Notes: generated from the letters alone by a model not told the origin. Shown: positions 1 through 10,311, counted from the first letter of the stretch. The stretch is DNA of 64,000 bases from a virus (IMGVR_UViG_3300028797_000097); one strand, 5' to 3'. Program-made: numbers and translations.

Positions 1-3
1 AGA

Positions 4-2214
4 TTGTATGGTATTTTGGCTAATGGTAAAATTGGTCAGATTAATATGAAGACAAAGACATTTAACAGTGAAAATAATGGAAACAATACTGTTATTCAGC
101 TTCGTATTGATGAATTAAAGAATGCACTTGCAAAAGCAATGAAAGAAAAAGATGCTTATGAAAAGTGGTTAGTCGAAGAACAGAAAAAGATTGACGAACG
201 TAACAAGAAACTTGAAGAAGAAATCAAGGGTCTTAAGAATCAGTCAGAAGGCGAAGGTTCTAAAGAAGGTGGAAATACTGAAGAACCTAAGAAGGACGGA
301 ATTTCTGTAAAGAAAGAATCTGTTTATTCTAGTGTTAAGAATATCTTAAAGGAAGACGAAGAAAAGTCCAAGAGTATGAAACTTGCCGATCAAGCTCAAG
401 ACGAATTGAAGAAGAAAGAAGCTGAGCTTGAAAAAGGTAAGAAGAAAAGAAATGAATTATATCTATTAAATGTTAAGAATTATATCGCAATTCTTGAAGA
501 ATATAAGAAAGTTCTTGGTCTTGAAAAATATATCAAAGAAGGATATGATACAATCAATATCTTGTTTGATCCAGATTCTGCAGAAGAACAGTATCAGGAA
601 GTTGTTAATGGTACTGGTGAAACTAGTGATGAAAATGAGAAAGAAGATAATGCCAAAACAGAATCTTTAACTCAACGTCTTGATAAGATAATGAAGAAAT
701 ACCGTTTGGATGAAGCTGATGAAGGTGAAACTGCAGCTAGTGAAGAACTTGATGATTTAAATTCTGGTAGTTCAGAAGGTAAGTCAGAAGGTAGTTCTGA
801 ATCTGGAAATACTGACGCAAAGAAGAAAGATGATAAACCAGCAAATACCGAAACTCATAGTGATGAACCAGAAGTAAAGAGTAACAATAAGGGAAATCTT
901 GATTGGGTTGAACGTGATAGAGCTGAAGGTTTAAAGGAAATCTATCGTATATTTGCAGAAGGTAAGCATGATGTTCGTATTGAAGTTTCTACATTCAACG
1001 AATTAGCAAAGGCAAAAACTGCAAAAGAAGCATTTAAGCATGTTATTGAAGCATGTAGTTCTTTACAGCATACATTAGACAGAGTTAAGACTGTTGAGCC
1101 AATCGTTGATGGTATTGTTGCATGTAATAAGATTGAAAAACGTTCTGATATTGCTGGATGTTTCGAAGTTATTAACTTTGGTAAAGATTCTGAAGAAGAG
1201 GAAAAACCAAAGGAAGAAAATAAAGAAGAAAATAAGGAAGAAAAATCTCCAGCTGAAGCAGAAAAGGTAATGATTGAACGTCTTACCAAATGTGTAGATG
1301 AGTCTAGCCCATTAATGGCTGGTCTTGTTGGTAAGATGAACGATATTGTAAAAACTGCAAAAGACGATACTTGGATTGATACTTATAAGAAGTTTAATGA
1401 TGAAACAAATTCTAAACTTGAAGAAATCTTTAAGGAAGTAGAAGATGTAGTTAAAGAAAGTGATAAAGGTAAAGAATTTGTTGCAAAGGTAAAGAATAAT
1501 TTAGGTGATAAGAATGCATTATTGAAGATTTACCTTACAGTTTCAATGGTAAAGAACCTTATTTCTGCAGCAACTGCTCATGTTAAGGAAGTTGAGGAAA
1601 AGTCAGAAAATAAGCCAGCAGAAAATGCATCTTATGTTCCAGATACTAGCTTACCACAGTTAGATGAAGGTAATGAACCATATTTACATACTATTAATAA
1701 CTTAGAAGCAAAGTTCAAAGAAGTAGATAATTCTATTGACTTTAATACATTATTGCCAACAGATTTTAATAACGAAATTTATAATATTGCAGATGCGTCT
1801 AAATATAATGAAGCAGAACAAAAACTTGGCAATATTATTGGTTTGAGCGTAAAAGCTGCAGAAACAAAAAATAAAGTTTGTAGCATATTAACTACATTGG
1901 TCAGAACTGATGATGGTGATAATGATGTTATGAAAGCTGTTAAGGAGAAAAAACTTCCTTGCTTAAAGTGTATTGAACAATTCACTTCAGCACCTCGTAA
2001 TAATGATAAAGAAAGACCAAATGGTAATAGAAATATCTTCTATTTCTACGGCTTAATTCGAGCAATAACTGCATGTTTAACCAGTTTAAAGGGTGCAATC
2101 AAAGATAATAACGAACGTATTGTTCAAGGTGAAAAACCACAAGAAAGCTATATTCCGGAAGTTTCACCAAACACTTTGATGAATGAAATTTATAAATATA
2201 TAAGAGGAAATTAA
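4..2214 (+). CDS. Large acidic coiled-coil hypothetical protein; frame is open to the window edge, so it may be 5'-truncated
   Basis: 736 aa ORF, E/K-rich with KEEN repeats; no recognisable catalytic motif. Confidence 0.6.
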   Translation: MYGILANGKIGQINMKTKTFNSENNGNNTVIQLRIDELKNALAKAMKEKDAYEKWLVEEQKKIDERNKKLEEEIKGLKNQSEGEGSKEGGNTEEPKKDGISVKKESVYSSVKNILKEDEEKSKSMKLADQAQDELKKKEAELEKGKKKRNELYLLNVKNYIAILEEYKKVLGLEKYIKEGYDTINILFDPDSAEEQYQEVVNGTGETSDENEKEDNAKTESLTQRLDKIMKKYRLDEADEGETAASEELDDLNSGSSEGKSEGSSESGNTDAKKKDDKPANTETHSDEPEVKSNNKGNLDWVERDRAEGLKEIYRIFAEGKHDVRIEVSTFNELAKAKTAKEAFKHVIEACSSLQHTLDRVKTVEPIVDGIVACNKIEKRSDIAGCFEVINFGKDSEEEEKPKEENKEENKEEKSPAEAEKVMIERLTKCVDESSPLMAGLVGKMNDIVKTAKDDTWIDTYKKFNDETNSKLEEIFKEVEDVVKESDKGKEFVAKVKNNLGDKNALLKIYLTVSMVKNLISAATAHVKEVEEKSENKPAENASYVPDTSLPQLDEGNEPYLHTINNLEAKFKEVDNSIDFNTLLPTDFNNEIYNIADASKYNEAEQKLGNIIGLSVKAAETKNKVCSILTTLVRTDDGDNDVMKAVKEKKLPCLKCIEQFTSAPRNNDKERPNGNRNIFYFYGLIRAITACLTSLKGAIKDNNERIVQGEKPQESYIPEVSPNTLMNEIYKYIRGN

Positions 2215-2216
2215 AA

Positions 2217-2687
2217 ATGATACAAGAAGATTACGAAAAACTAGTAGAACATATAGCTGGAATTAATAACGACTATAAAATCGTAGTCGAAGATGTTGAT
2301 TTGGATAGCTATGATGATGAACCTAAGGAAAAGAATTCCCGTCAGGAAATTCGTGATGCTATCAAGCCACAGGTTGATATTGCATCATCCTTGATTACTA
2401 CAATTAAGGATGGTTTTGCTGATAACATGGATCAAACAAAGCGAATGAATGATGCTATGGACCAGATTCAGTCTTGGGAAAAGACAATTCATGGTGCTTG
2501 TGAACAAATCCTTAAGACTGTCGAAGCAAAGGATGGTTCTGTAGATAGACCAGAATCTATTGTTAATGACAGTTCTAAATGTTCTCCAAAGGCATTCAAC
2601 AAGTATATCAAGAATTATACCAGTAGAGACTATGGTGTTCTTGAACTTGCTGCAGCAATTATGGTTTTCTATAATTCTTTGAGCTAA
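2217..2687 (+). CDS. Hypothetical late protein
   Basis: 156 aa ORF; TATAAATA at 2191-2198 and GAGGA RBS upstream. Confidence 0.6.
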   Translation: MIQEDYEKLVEHIAGINNDYKIVVEDVDLDSYDDEPKEKNSRQEIRDAIKPQVDIASSLITTIKDGFADNMDQTKRMNDAMDQIQSWEKTIHGACEQILKTVEAKDGSVDRPESIVNDSSKCSPKAFNKYIKNYTSRDYGVLELAAAIMVFYNSLS

Positions 2688-2706
2688 TTTAATTAAAAAT
2701 AAAAAG

Positions 2707-2733
2707 AAAAGCAGTGAAAAATCACTGCTTTTT
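2707..2733. terminator. Bidirectional intrinsic terminator
   Basis: AAAAGCAGTGA-loop-TCACTGCTTTT between convergent genes. Confidence 0.8.
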
Positions 2734-3147
2734 ATTATATACAAATTTTATATAATCTGCCCATTTTGTTTTCAATATATTTCTTTGGGCATCATTTAAT
2801 AGTTCATTGTATCTTTTGGCTTCTTTATTGCCTATATCATATTCTTTTTTCAATGCGACTATTAAATCTTGGTCTGTTGCTTCTGTTTTATATGCATCGT
2901 AATTAAAATAATGTTTTGTCTTTTTAACCCAAGTATATAAAATTGTATAATGTTGTTGATTTGTCAATTTCTGAACTGTCAACTCATTAATTAATGGTAA
3001 CAAATATTCATAACTTGACAAAAATCTATTTAAAATAAACTGGTTATATGCCGATTTATAATCATCTGGCAAATTTGCCCAGTCATATTTCTTTGTACAG
3101 ATTGAACCTAATATTTCAAAGATTGGATTTTTCTTTTTTTCACTCAT
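2722..3147 (-). CDS. gp62: Clamp loader small subunit (T4 gp62-like)
   Basis: NPIFEILGSICTKK...YNQFILNRFLS...QQHYTILYTWVKKTKHY...ALKKEYDIGNKEAKRY pattern and size match gp62. Confidence 0.75.
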   Translation of the reverse strand: MSEKKKNPIFEILGSICTKKYDWANLPDDYKSAYNQFILNRFLSSYEYLLPLINELTVQKLTNQQHYTILYTWVKKTKHYFNYDAYKTEATDQDLIVALKKEYDIGNKEAKRYNELLNDAQRNILKTKWADYIKFVYNKKQ

Positions 3148-3308
3148 TCAAAATGGTCCTTAAATTCCATAGTGACTTTATCGTCATTAATCACTGATAG
3201 TTTTACTTCAATTAATGTTTTGTTATCCTTAAAAATATAGTAATTTCCTGCATCTTTTAACATAACAAAAGAAGGATCTTCTGTAAAACTCTTAATAATC
3301 TTATTCAT
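3144..3308 (-). CDS. Small hypothetical protein (54 aa, not in the ORF track)
   Basis: Read by hand: MNKIIKSFTEDPSFVMLKDAGNYYIFKDNKTLIEVKLSVINDDKVTMEFKDHFE; fills the gap exactly, with an ATGA overlap into gp62. Confidence 0.65.
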   Translation of the reverse strand: MNKIIKSFTEDPSFVMLKDAGNYYIFKDNKTLIEVKLSVINDDKVTMEFKDHFE

Positions 3309-3309
3309 A

Positions 3310-4020
3310 TTAGTCCTTATTAAATTTGCTTAAACGTGAAATTGGCCAAACTCCATTAACTTTTTTATTCCATTTGTCAAAGAAAACTTTTTTAAGTTGT
3401 TCAAAAATCTCAGGCGGTTTTCCTTCACTAAAATGCTTAATGGTAATATCGATTGTAGAAACTTTGTAGCCACGTTCAAGAACTTGAAGGGAAATATCGG
3501 TATCGTAAAAATGGAATCCTGCAAGATTTTCATCAAAACGTAATCCTTCTTCAAATATCCATTTCGGGAAGAACATACAACAACCGTCAACAGTAGCTAA
3601 ATAATCATGAACACCTGGATGTTCCTTCATAGGATATTCGATAGGTTTTCCATCTTTATCTTTTCCACCTTGAATAATATATCCAGAACCATATGTCCAT
3701 CTACCACCAGCTCTAGGAACGCCATTCCACCAAGTACAATTTGTATCAAGAGCGATAGTTCCAATTACACCAGCAATACCTACATCACCATTTTCATAAA
3801 GTTTTGTTAACTTATAATTACAAACATCAAGCGGTGTAATAATCTGTGTATCATCATGTCTAAAACAAATGATAGGGTCATTATTTTTTAATACAATATT
3901 TTCAATAGCATAATTGTATTTCTTAGTCATTGAATCACCTAATGTATTATCAATATAAAAAACTGTTTTAGTATCTACTTGTTCAGGTTTACGTTCCGCT
4001 ACTGGAATTATCTCTATCAT
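3310..4020 (-). CDS. Glycosyltransferase, GT-A fold (GT2-like)
   Basis: ICFRHDD (DxD-like), GIAGVIG, ATVDGCCMF, FDENLAGFHFYDTDISLQ motifs. Confidence 0.75.
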   Translation of the reverse strand: MIEIIPVAERKPEQVDTKTVFYIDNTLGDSMTKKYNYAIENIVLKNNDPIICFRHDDTQIITPLDVCNYKLTKLYENGDVGIAGVIGTIALDTNCTWWNGVPRAGGRWTYGSGYIIQGGKDKDGKPIEYPMKEHPGVHDYLATVDGCCMFFPKWIFEEGLRFDENLAGFHFYDTDISLQVLERGYKVSTIDITIKHFSEGKPPEIFEQLKKVFFDKWNKKVNGVWPISRLSKFNKD

Positions 4021-4702
4021 TACTAGTTCCTTTTAAAATGCTATCAAGTTGTCTAACTTCAAATTTTGCTTCATTTCCTTTAATTGCAGCATAATCGATA
4101 AGAATTTTTTGACCTAATGGAGAAAATATATTACTCTTATTATCTTTAATTATAACAAGACGTGAGAAAGGCATTTGACCTTCAAGCATATGTTCACGTT
4201 GTTGAAGTGTAAGAGATGGTGCTACAGTATCAACGTCTAATGGTAACTCATTATAATCGATTGCTTTAGCCATTACTGCAGCTTTATCTTCTTCATTAAT
4301 GCTAGGTGCAAAAATATAGTAAGTTAAATGACATTTTGTTTGTTCTTTTTTAATTCTTTCGGCAATTTCTTCCGGAGACAATGGATTATCACCAAATTCT
4401 TTTAAATCTTCAAATATTGGCTCTAATTGGGTACTAAATAATTGTCCCGGTTTTACATATTTAAGTTTATTATCTTTAAAACAAGCAGTCAAAGGAAAGA
4501 CTGTTCGTTCTAACATTTCTGCTAAAATCTTACGTTCAGAATCCAAAGATACTTCAACGAAATAAAGATAAGCATTATTAATATATTCTATGGATTGCTT
4601 ATAATCCTGACAAATATGACATGCATCATCAGTAAAAATATAAATGCCATGTCGATAAGATAATAAAAATTTTTCAAAACTTAATTTTTGAGAATCAAAC
4701 AT
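3989..4702 (-). CDS. Thioredoxin-fold protein with C-terminal extension
   Basis: YIFTDDACHIC (CxxC) after a beta strand; VFPLTACFKD resembles the cis-Pro region; TATAAATA at 4709-4716. Confidence 0.55.
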   Translation of the reverse strand: MFDSQKLSFEKFLLSYRHGIYIFTDDACHICQDYKQSIEYINNAYLYFVEVSLDSERKILAEMLERTVFPLTACFKDNKLKYVKPGQLFSTQLEPIFEDLKEFGDNPLSPEEIAERIKKEQTKCHLTYYIFAPSINEEDKAAVMAKAIDYNELPLDVDTVAPSLTLQQREHMLEGQMPFSRLVIIKDNKSNIFSPLGQKILIDYAAIKGNEAKFEVRQLDSILKGTSNDRDNSSSGT

Positions 4703-4721
4703 ACGTCTTATTTATACAGAA

Positions 4722-4752
4722 AAAATATACCACTTATTAGGTGGTATATTTT
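4722..4752. terminator. Intrinsic terminator
   Basis: AAAATATACCAC-7 nt-GTGGTATATTTT, perfect 12 bp stem. Confidence 0.8.
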
Positions 4753-4769
4753 AAAGTTTAAACTTCAGG

Positions 4770-5246
4770 TTATGCGATTGGATTTTCTTCCAGATCTTCA
4801 AGAACCGTATTGTAAGTCATTAATACTTTCTTGCCAGTTTCAGGATCAGGTTCCTTATGCTTAACATACCAAGCAATGTTCTTAATCATATCCTTTTCAG
4901 GATCGCAAACAAAACTAAGAATATACTCAGTTGACCAGACACCATCATTAGATTCCTTACGTGTAGCAGAAATACCAATTAATTTTGCTGGGAAAATAAG
5001 ATCACTAAAAGTTACCTTATATTCTAATGTATAAGCATCAAGCGGAATATTAACCTTATCCCATGCATCTTGAGCAGCGGACTGGTCAAATGCACCGTTA
5101 AAATCAATATCCTGCTGAAACTGACGAGGGAAAGAACGAATGCTTGTATCTTCAACGACTTTCATCTGAAGAATCCAGAACATGTCTTCACCCTTCTTAA
5201 CAAGCTTGAAGTTAGCTAATGAACTGTCAAATCTTGCTGTATTCAT
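4770..5246 (-). CDS. Hypothetical protein
   Basis: 158 aa ORF with host-adapted codons, coupled to the upstream gene. Confidence 0.6.
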   Translation of the reverse strand: MNTARFDSSLANFKLVKKGEDMFWILQMKVVEDTSIRSFPRQFQQDIDFNGAFDQSAAQDAWDKVNIPLDAYTLEYKVTFSDLIFPAKLIGISATRKESNDGVWSTEYILSFVCDPEKDMIKNIAWYVKHKEPDPETGKKVLMTYNTVLEDLEENPIA

Positions 5247-5635
5247 TACTTACCTGCCTTTACAGATTTTTCAATCTTCTTGCACTGATAAACTGCATGA
5301 TCGAGCTTAAAGCTAGCAAGTTCTTCTGCTTCATAAGCGTTAACAATCTGTAATGCTTCAAGTTGTTCGAGTGCACGGAAATATGCAAGGCTCTTACCAA
5401 CTTCCTTATTGAACTGGTCCTGATAATTGCAATGAGCAAAACCAGAAACAGTTACCTTAGACATATTCTGTTCCTTGAACCATTCTGTAATGGTCAAAGA
5501 AGTATTATGTTCTTCCCATTCAGTATAAACATCACGCTGGAATTCATCCTTGACATGTGTCTGCTTATATTCTGTACTATATCTAACCTTGACAATAAAC
5601 TGTCTACCATTTGAAAGAATAACTCTCATTTTCAT
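5246..5635 (-). CDS. Hypothetical protein with N4 Gp49/Sf6 gp66-like motif
   Basis: VSGFAHCNYQDQFNKEVGKSLAYFRAL resembles the G-x-A-x-C-x-x-x-D-x-F-x-x-x-x-G-x-x-x-A motif. Confidence 0.5.
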   Translation of the reverse strand: MKMRVILSNGRQFIVKVRYSTEYKQTHVKDEFQRDVYTEWEEHNTSLTITEWFKEQNMSKVTVSGFAHCNYQDQFNKEVGKSLAYFRALEQLEALQIVNAYEAEELASFKLDHAVYQCKKIEKSVKAGK

Positions 5636-5663
5636 TTTCCTTTGTTTAAAAGATTTAACAATT

Positions 5664-5686
5664 CAAATATAGTTAAAATTTGTTAA
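5664..5686 (-). promoter_or_regulatory. Putative early/host-RNAP promoter TTAACA-N9-TATATTTG
   Basis: Intergenic motif that recurs at 7597, 15161, 27767 and 55606. Confidence 0.55.
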
Positions 5687-5752
5687 CTAAACTTTAATAA
5701 AAATAAAATTTGTATTTTTAATAAAAAACGGAGTTTTTCAACTCCGCTTTAT

Positions 5753-6961
5753 TTAGATAATATCTTGTTCTTTTGAATCAAACATTGTCAGCATTTGATT
5801 TATGTGCTGTGATGATTCAAGCCAACATCCAGAATTATTAATAAAATTATATTGCCAATTCAGGACTTCGTTATACTTATCTTTTTTACAGAGTTTCCAG
5901 AATTTTTCATCTATTTGTGCAACAGTTGACTGGTCAGTAAACTTGCAATCTGGATGAATTTCTCTATATGGACTGTCGTCATTTGCTACGAAAGTATTAC
6001 CCATGAAAACACATCCACATGCACAAGCTTCTGTAAATCTTAACGAAGACTTTGCACGGTTAAATGGATTATCAACAATGGATGCAATACTAAAGTCTGC
6101 ATGAACTTCCATGAATTTTCTTGGGAACGTATGAGAATCTGCCCATGGAATGTATTGAATCTTATCCTTGATTTCTTCCCAGAAGAATGGTAAAGAACCC
6201 ATTACATAAAAATCAATCTTATCTTCCTTGACATTCTTAATAACCCAATCACAGAGTGCTGTATTCCAGTCACCTCTATCTCCTGGCTGACCAGGATGTC
6301 CTTTAGGGAAATTCGGATTCTGACCAGGTTGCATTTTAGGAATAGGCTGTTTATAATGTGTAGGACTACCAGAATAGATAACACGAGGTTTAACTAAGTC
6401 TTCCTTGATATTAGTCTTTCTTTCGAAATTCCACAAATATCTTGGAACAACATTTTTGATAACCATTACATTATTAACATTAAATTTACGTTCAATAACT
6501 TTCTTGAGGTAAGGTGTAGAAACTACAATCAAATCCAACAATGGTAAAGTTTTTGATGCAACTTCCATAAGATTTTTAAGATTGTTATGAACTCCTTCAT
6601 AACTTGGGTTATAAATCGGAACAGAGTCATGAGCTTCATCAGTATCGCCAGTCAAAAAGACCAAATCATCAAATTCACCAACGAGCTTGAATCCAAACTT
6701 AGGCTGTAATTCCTTATAACGAGTAAGTAAATCAACATCGACACTGGTAATTGGTCTCTGGAAAACAATAGATTTAGCATGAGCCAAATATTGTGGTTCA
6801 AAAGTATAATACGGCATTAAAACAGGAATAACACCAATGTCATGGCCATTGATGTATTCTGCATTATAACGTAATCTTACATGTGAACATCCAGAAGTAT
6901 CACGGCAATAAATTATTGCAATGTTTTTACCATCTGTATTTTCAGTATGTGCGTTTAACAT
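5753..6961 (-). CDS. Glycosyltransferase, GT-B fold (GT4-like)
   Basis: SGCSHVRL, IVFQRP, EFDD, IVVSTPYL, VIYSGSPTH, DNPFNRAKSSLRFTEACACG motifs typical of phage GT-B enzymes. Confidence 0.75.
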   Translation of the reverse strand: MLNAHTENTDGKNIAIIYCRDTSGCSHVRLRYNAEYINGHDIGVIPVLMPYYTFEPQYLAHAKSIVFQRPITSVDVDLLTRYKELQPKFGFKLVGEFDDLVFLTGDTDEAHDSVPIYNPSYEGVHNNLKNLMEVASKTLPLLDLIVVSTPYLKKVIERKFNVNNVMVIKNVVPRYLWNFERKTNIKEDLVKPRVIYSGSPTHYKQPIPKMQPGQNPNFPKGHPGQPGDRGDWNTALCDWVIKNVKEDKIDFYVMGSLPFFWEEIKDKIQYIPWADSHTFPRKFMEVHADFSIASIVDNPFNRAKSSLRFTEACACGCVFMGNTFVANDDSPYREIHPDCKFTDQSTVAQIDEKFWKLCKKDKYNEVLNWQYNFINNSGCWLESSQHINQMLTMFDSKEQDII

Positions 6962-6969
6962 AAATTCCT

Positions 6970-7563
6970 TTAATTATCATCTCCATAAGGATCATCGATG
7001 GTATTAAGATTTTCATAGAAATCCAAACCAGCAATTTCCTTTTCATTTCTTTCGTTCATTTCAGAAAGATATAAATTCAATGCGTTTGTGATAAGTTGTG
7101 TAACAAAAGCGAACGCACTAGAATTTCGAGTTTCGTCATATCTGTTAATATAGGTAAATAAAGTCATTAAAGCTTCTTGACGAATATCATCGATTTCTTC
7201 ATAGGCGGGAGACTGAACGAGTTTGAAAGAAATAATACGACCATTAATAACCTTAATGAATGCATCACAAATATCTTTCTTGACCTGTTCAAATTCCATA
7301 TTGAACTTATGACGTTCTTCTGGTGTCATAGTATTATAGCGTTCATGCAAAGCTCTAATTTCTTCACGCTTTCGCTGAATAAAGTCCTTAGAAACTTCAT
7401 ACTTATCTTCTGTAATACTCTTTTTATTATTCTTATTTTCAAGCTTACGTTCGTATGCGTCGCACCATTCACCAGTATCATTGATATTCATCTTGTTGAA
7501 CTTAACGACTAACTCTCGTAAGTATTTATTTGAAATGTAACCTTCACCTTTTTCTTGTTTCAT
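6970..7563 (-). CDS. gp55: Late-transcription sigma factor (T4 gp55-like)
   Basis: IINGR...DDIRQEALMTLFTYINRYDETRNSSAFAFVTQLITNA sigma region 2 pattern; many TATAAATA promoters in the window. Confidence 0.8.
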   Translation of the reverse strand: MKQEKGEGYISNKYLRELVVKFNKMNINDTGEWCDAYERKLENKNNKKSITEDKYEVSKDFIQRKREEIRALHERYNTMTPEERHKFNMEFEQVKKDICDAFIKVINGRIISFKLVQSPAYEEIDDIRQEALMTLFTYINRYDETRNSSAFAFVTQLITNALNLYLSEMNERNEKEIAGLDFYENLNTIDDPYGDDN

Positions 7564-7596
7564 ATTATACCTATATTAAATTCTATATCTATGTTG

Positions 7597-7619
7597 TAAA
7601 TATAGAATTTTTTTGTAAA
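7597..7619 (-). promoter_or_regulatory. Putative early/host-RNAP promoter TTTACA-N9-TATATTTA upstream of gp55
   Basis: Variant of the recurring CTATATTTG motif. Confidence 0.5.
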
Positions 7620-7650
7620 TAAAAATTTACAAAACTTTTTTCTGATTTTT

Positions 7651-8613
7651 TTAGAAATGAGGAACACTAGGCATAGAAGGCATCGACGGAGCTGATGTTC
7701 TATGTGCACCCATTGAAGGCATTTGAGATTTTGCCTTAGCAATTTCCTTCTGATTAGCCTCATTTTCTTCATTAATCATCTTATTGATAATCTGCTGTTC
7801 AACTTCTACTTCAACCCATGACCAATCATTTGTTATTTGTAAATTTGAATACTTAGCAATTCTTGTTATTGTTTCAAGAATCTGAGATAAATCAACATTA
7901 TTAAATAAATTCTGGTCATTGATTTCAATTTTTACCTTATGTGGTTTACCACAATGAGGACAATCAATCGTGACTTCTTTAATAACACCACAATAATTAT
8001 CATCAATATGCGATTTTAAAGCCATAAAGTCATTTGCTGTCAGATTACTTACGAATGTATACTTTTCTTCCATAGAATTATCAGTATCAATCCATAAACA
8101 AACTTCATCAATATCATCTTCTACAATAAATGAAGAATCTCTATATCGAGGAATTCTAACAGGTAATGTAATATCTAAGTCACTAAGATAAACAGAATTA
8201 ATAAAAGGATGATCCAAATATTTAAATTCTAAATCCAATAATTTAATTGTATGTTCAATCTGTTTCTTACATCCAGAACATTCTGGAATGGTTATTACGA
8301 AACCATTAGCATTAATAAAACTGTTTAATCTAATCCAGAAAATCAAAAATTCTCTATCTGCTAAAAGCAAATCATCATAAGAAAAATTTTCAAGAATCGT
8401 GCACTTTTCGAGTAATTCATTACAAATGTTTGTAGCATTACCAGGAACAAGTGTAGCTAAAAACTTTACTTCGAGAACAGACATAGAACGTGCTTTTATC
8501 TTAGCATTCTTTGGATATAGTCTTCCTCGTGATGGCAATTCTTTTAAATCAATTTGCCAAAAATTAAAATTATCATAATTATGATTTATATTAGGGTCTT
8601 TTCTAATATTCAT
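7651..8613 (-). CDS. Baseplate hub assembly protein, gp26-like with gp51-like C-terminus
   Basis: LPSRGRLYP, DREFLIFWIRLNS, CSGC, CPHC; C-terminal helical WVEVEVEQQIINKMINEENE; start moved to ATG 8613 (GGAG RBS). Confidence 0.7.
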   Translation of the reverse strand: MNIRKDPNINHNYDNFNFWQIDLKELPSRGRLYPKNAKIKARSMSVLEVKFLATLVPGNATNICNELLEKCTILENFSYDDLLLADREFLIFWIRLNSFINANGFVITIPECSGCKKQIEHTIKLLDLEFKYLDHPFINSVYLSDLDITLPVRIPRYRDSSFIVEDDIDEVCLWIDTDNSMEEKYTFVSNLTANDFMALKSHIDDNYCGVIKEVTIDCPHCGKPHKVKIEINDQNLFNNVDLSQILETITRIAKYSNLQITNDWSWVEVEVEQQIINKMINEENEANQKEIAKAKSQMPSMGAHRTSAPSMPSMPSVPHF

Positions 8614-8614
8614 A

Positions 8615-9223
8615 TTATTCTCCCAGATCTGATAATAAACGCATTGATGCAGTACCATTGAACATACCACCAGGAACTACGCCTGTTGCATAATCAACTG
8701 CTATTGCTGTAGCATTAATTGCATCTTTTAAATGTTTTTCAAATTCATCCCAGAAAATATTAAATATCTCTGGGTCAGCTGGATCTTCTGCTTGTATACG
8801 GGCTATAAATTTTTCACCATAAAGAATAAAGTGCCCAGTAACAAAACCAACCGATAAATTCGAAATAATACTTATCGGTGGTACAGAAACCCAAACTCTT
8901 AATTTTTGGTTAATTGTTAAACCAATATAATTAAAGATGTTTGGAAATAATTGTTGCTCAGTTAAAGCATAAGATTGTAATATCATTGGTTGAAAGCTTA
9001 AAGTTTCCACTAATGGTTTAAGACATTCTGCAGCAAATGGAACAGTTGCACCATTTGGTGCTGTTACTGTACCTTTTACAGAACCTGTCTGAATTACCAA
9101 CCTTTCATTAAACCATTCATTAAGTGCTTCGGCTAATTTTACATAGTATAAACCGAAAGGCGTTGATGCTTCAATTTCTTTTAATTTAGGTTGAATGATA
9201 CTTCTAAAACTTCTAAATGCCAT
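8615..9223 (-). CDS. Hypothetical protein
   Basis: 202 aa ORF translationally coupled to TerL-C. Confidence 0.6.
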   Translation of the reverse strand: MAFRSFRSIIQPKLKEIEASTPFGLYYVKLAEALNEWFNERLVIQTGSVKGTVTAPNGATVPFAAECLKPLVETLSFQPMILQSYALTEQQLFPNIFNYIGLTINQKLRVWVSVPPISIISNLSVGFVTGHFILYGEKFIARIQAEDPADPEIFNIFWDEFEKHLKDAINATAIAVDYATGVVPGGMFNGTASMRLLSDLGE

Positions 9224-10278
9224 TATTTAAAATCACTCCAGAAATCGTCATTATATTCCATTGCATCAGCCATCATGTCAATGGTCATATTATCTTCTTG
9301 TTTAATTTCTTCTTTGATTCTGATATTATCCATATCGATTTCTGGTTGTAATGTGGCATATACAGCCCAATATAAAGCTGAAACAGTATCATCATGATTT
9401 CCTTTTGCAGCTTTGAAAACGTTAGACTGTTGTTCTTCAAATCTTGAAAGTTCTGCAATAGTTACACCATCATGAATGGTAAGAATTTCAGCATCAACGA
9501 CTCTTTGTAATTCGAGGCATGCATCGAGCTTGGAACGTTTATCTGATTTAGTTCCTAAACCTTTACCTGCTTTTTCAGTATTTAAAAGATTTGGATTTTC
9601 AAGTGTATACCAAATTTCTTCTACAACCTGTTTACCTGGGTCATTGTTTTCAATAATGAAATAAGCATTGTTATACATCTTGGAAACATTGTCAATAATT
9701 CTGGCAAACTGACCAGGTTTTACAGTATTGGAACGATATGTTGCAACTTGTTCCATGTGATACTTGTCTTTAATTTCAATAACCTGAATACAAGCATAGT
9801 CACCACCAACACCAGCACAAGGGTCACATCCCATTAAATAGAAATGTCCAGCTTCAGGCTTTTTATAAATCGATAATGACAAATCTTCATAGAGAACATC
9901 GATTGGTTCCATTTCTACAAGTTTTTCAAGAACATTACCACTAATCAATGTATTAGAAGAACCAATGAATGAGCAGTTATGATGAATAACTCCATTCGTT
10001 GTTTCATACAATGCACCATCAATATTAAGAGGAGTATAAACTGTTTTAACTCCTACTTCTTCTATTTGAACAACTTGACTTATATCAAACGTGCTATTCT
10101 TTACTTGAGAACCACGTTTAAGATCTTTTGCATAAATGTCTTGATTATCAGGTGTTTTAAACCTATGGTCTAAAGAGCATGTAATTTCAGAATTATCAAA
10201 TATAATATGAACAGACTCAGCTGATTTCTTCTGAAATCCATCGAATTTCTTGAATGTATCACCAATCTTAATAAACAT
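9223..10278 (-). CDS. gp17: Terminase large subunit, C-terminal (nuclease) half, fused behind a split-intein C fragment
   Basis: After HHN|C: SFIGSSNTLISG, GCDPCAGVGGDY, IENND, KGNHDDTVSALYWA = RNase H-like TerL nuclease; no ATPase domain. Confidence 0.9.
   Translation of the reverse strand: MFIKIGDTFKKFDGFQKKSAESVHIIFDNSEITCSLDHRFKTPDNQDIYAKDLKRGSQVKNSTFDISQVVQIEEVGVKTVYTPLNIDGALYETTNGVIHHNCSFIGSSNTLISGNVLEKLVEMEPIDVLYEDLSLSIYKKPEAGHFYLMGCDPCAGVGGDYACIQVIEIKDKYHMEQVATYRSNTVKPGQFARIIDNVSKMYNNAYFIIENNDPGKQVVEEIWYTLENPNLLNTEKAGKGLGTKSDKRSKLDACLELQRVVDAEILTIHDGVTIAELSRFEEQQSNVFKAAKGNHDDTVSALYWAVYATLQPEIDMDNIRIKEEIKQEDNMTIDMMADAMEYNDDFWSDFK
9976..10278 (-). mobile_element. Atypical split intein, C fragment (IntC, 101 aa)
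   Basis: Block B (CSLDHRF), block F (VYTPLNI), block G (TNGVIHHN) followed by Cys+1; block A missing; same architecture and insertion site as AceL-TerL IntC. Confidence 0.85.
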
Positions 10279-10311
10279 AAAAACTCACTGAAATAAACAG
10301 AATATTTTATA

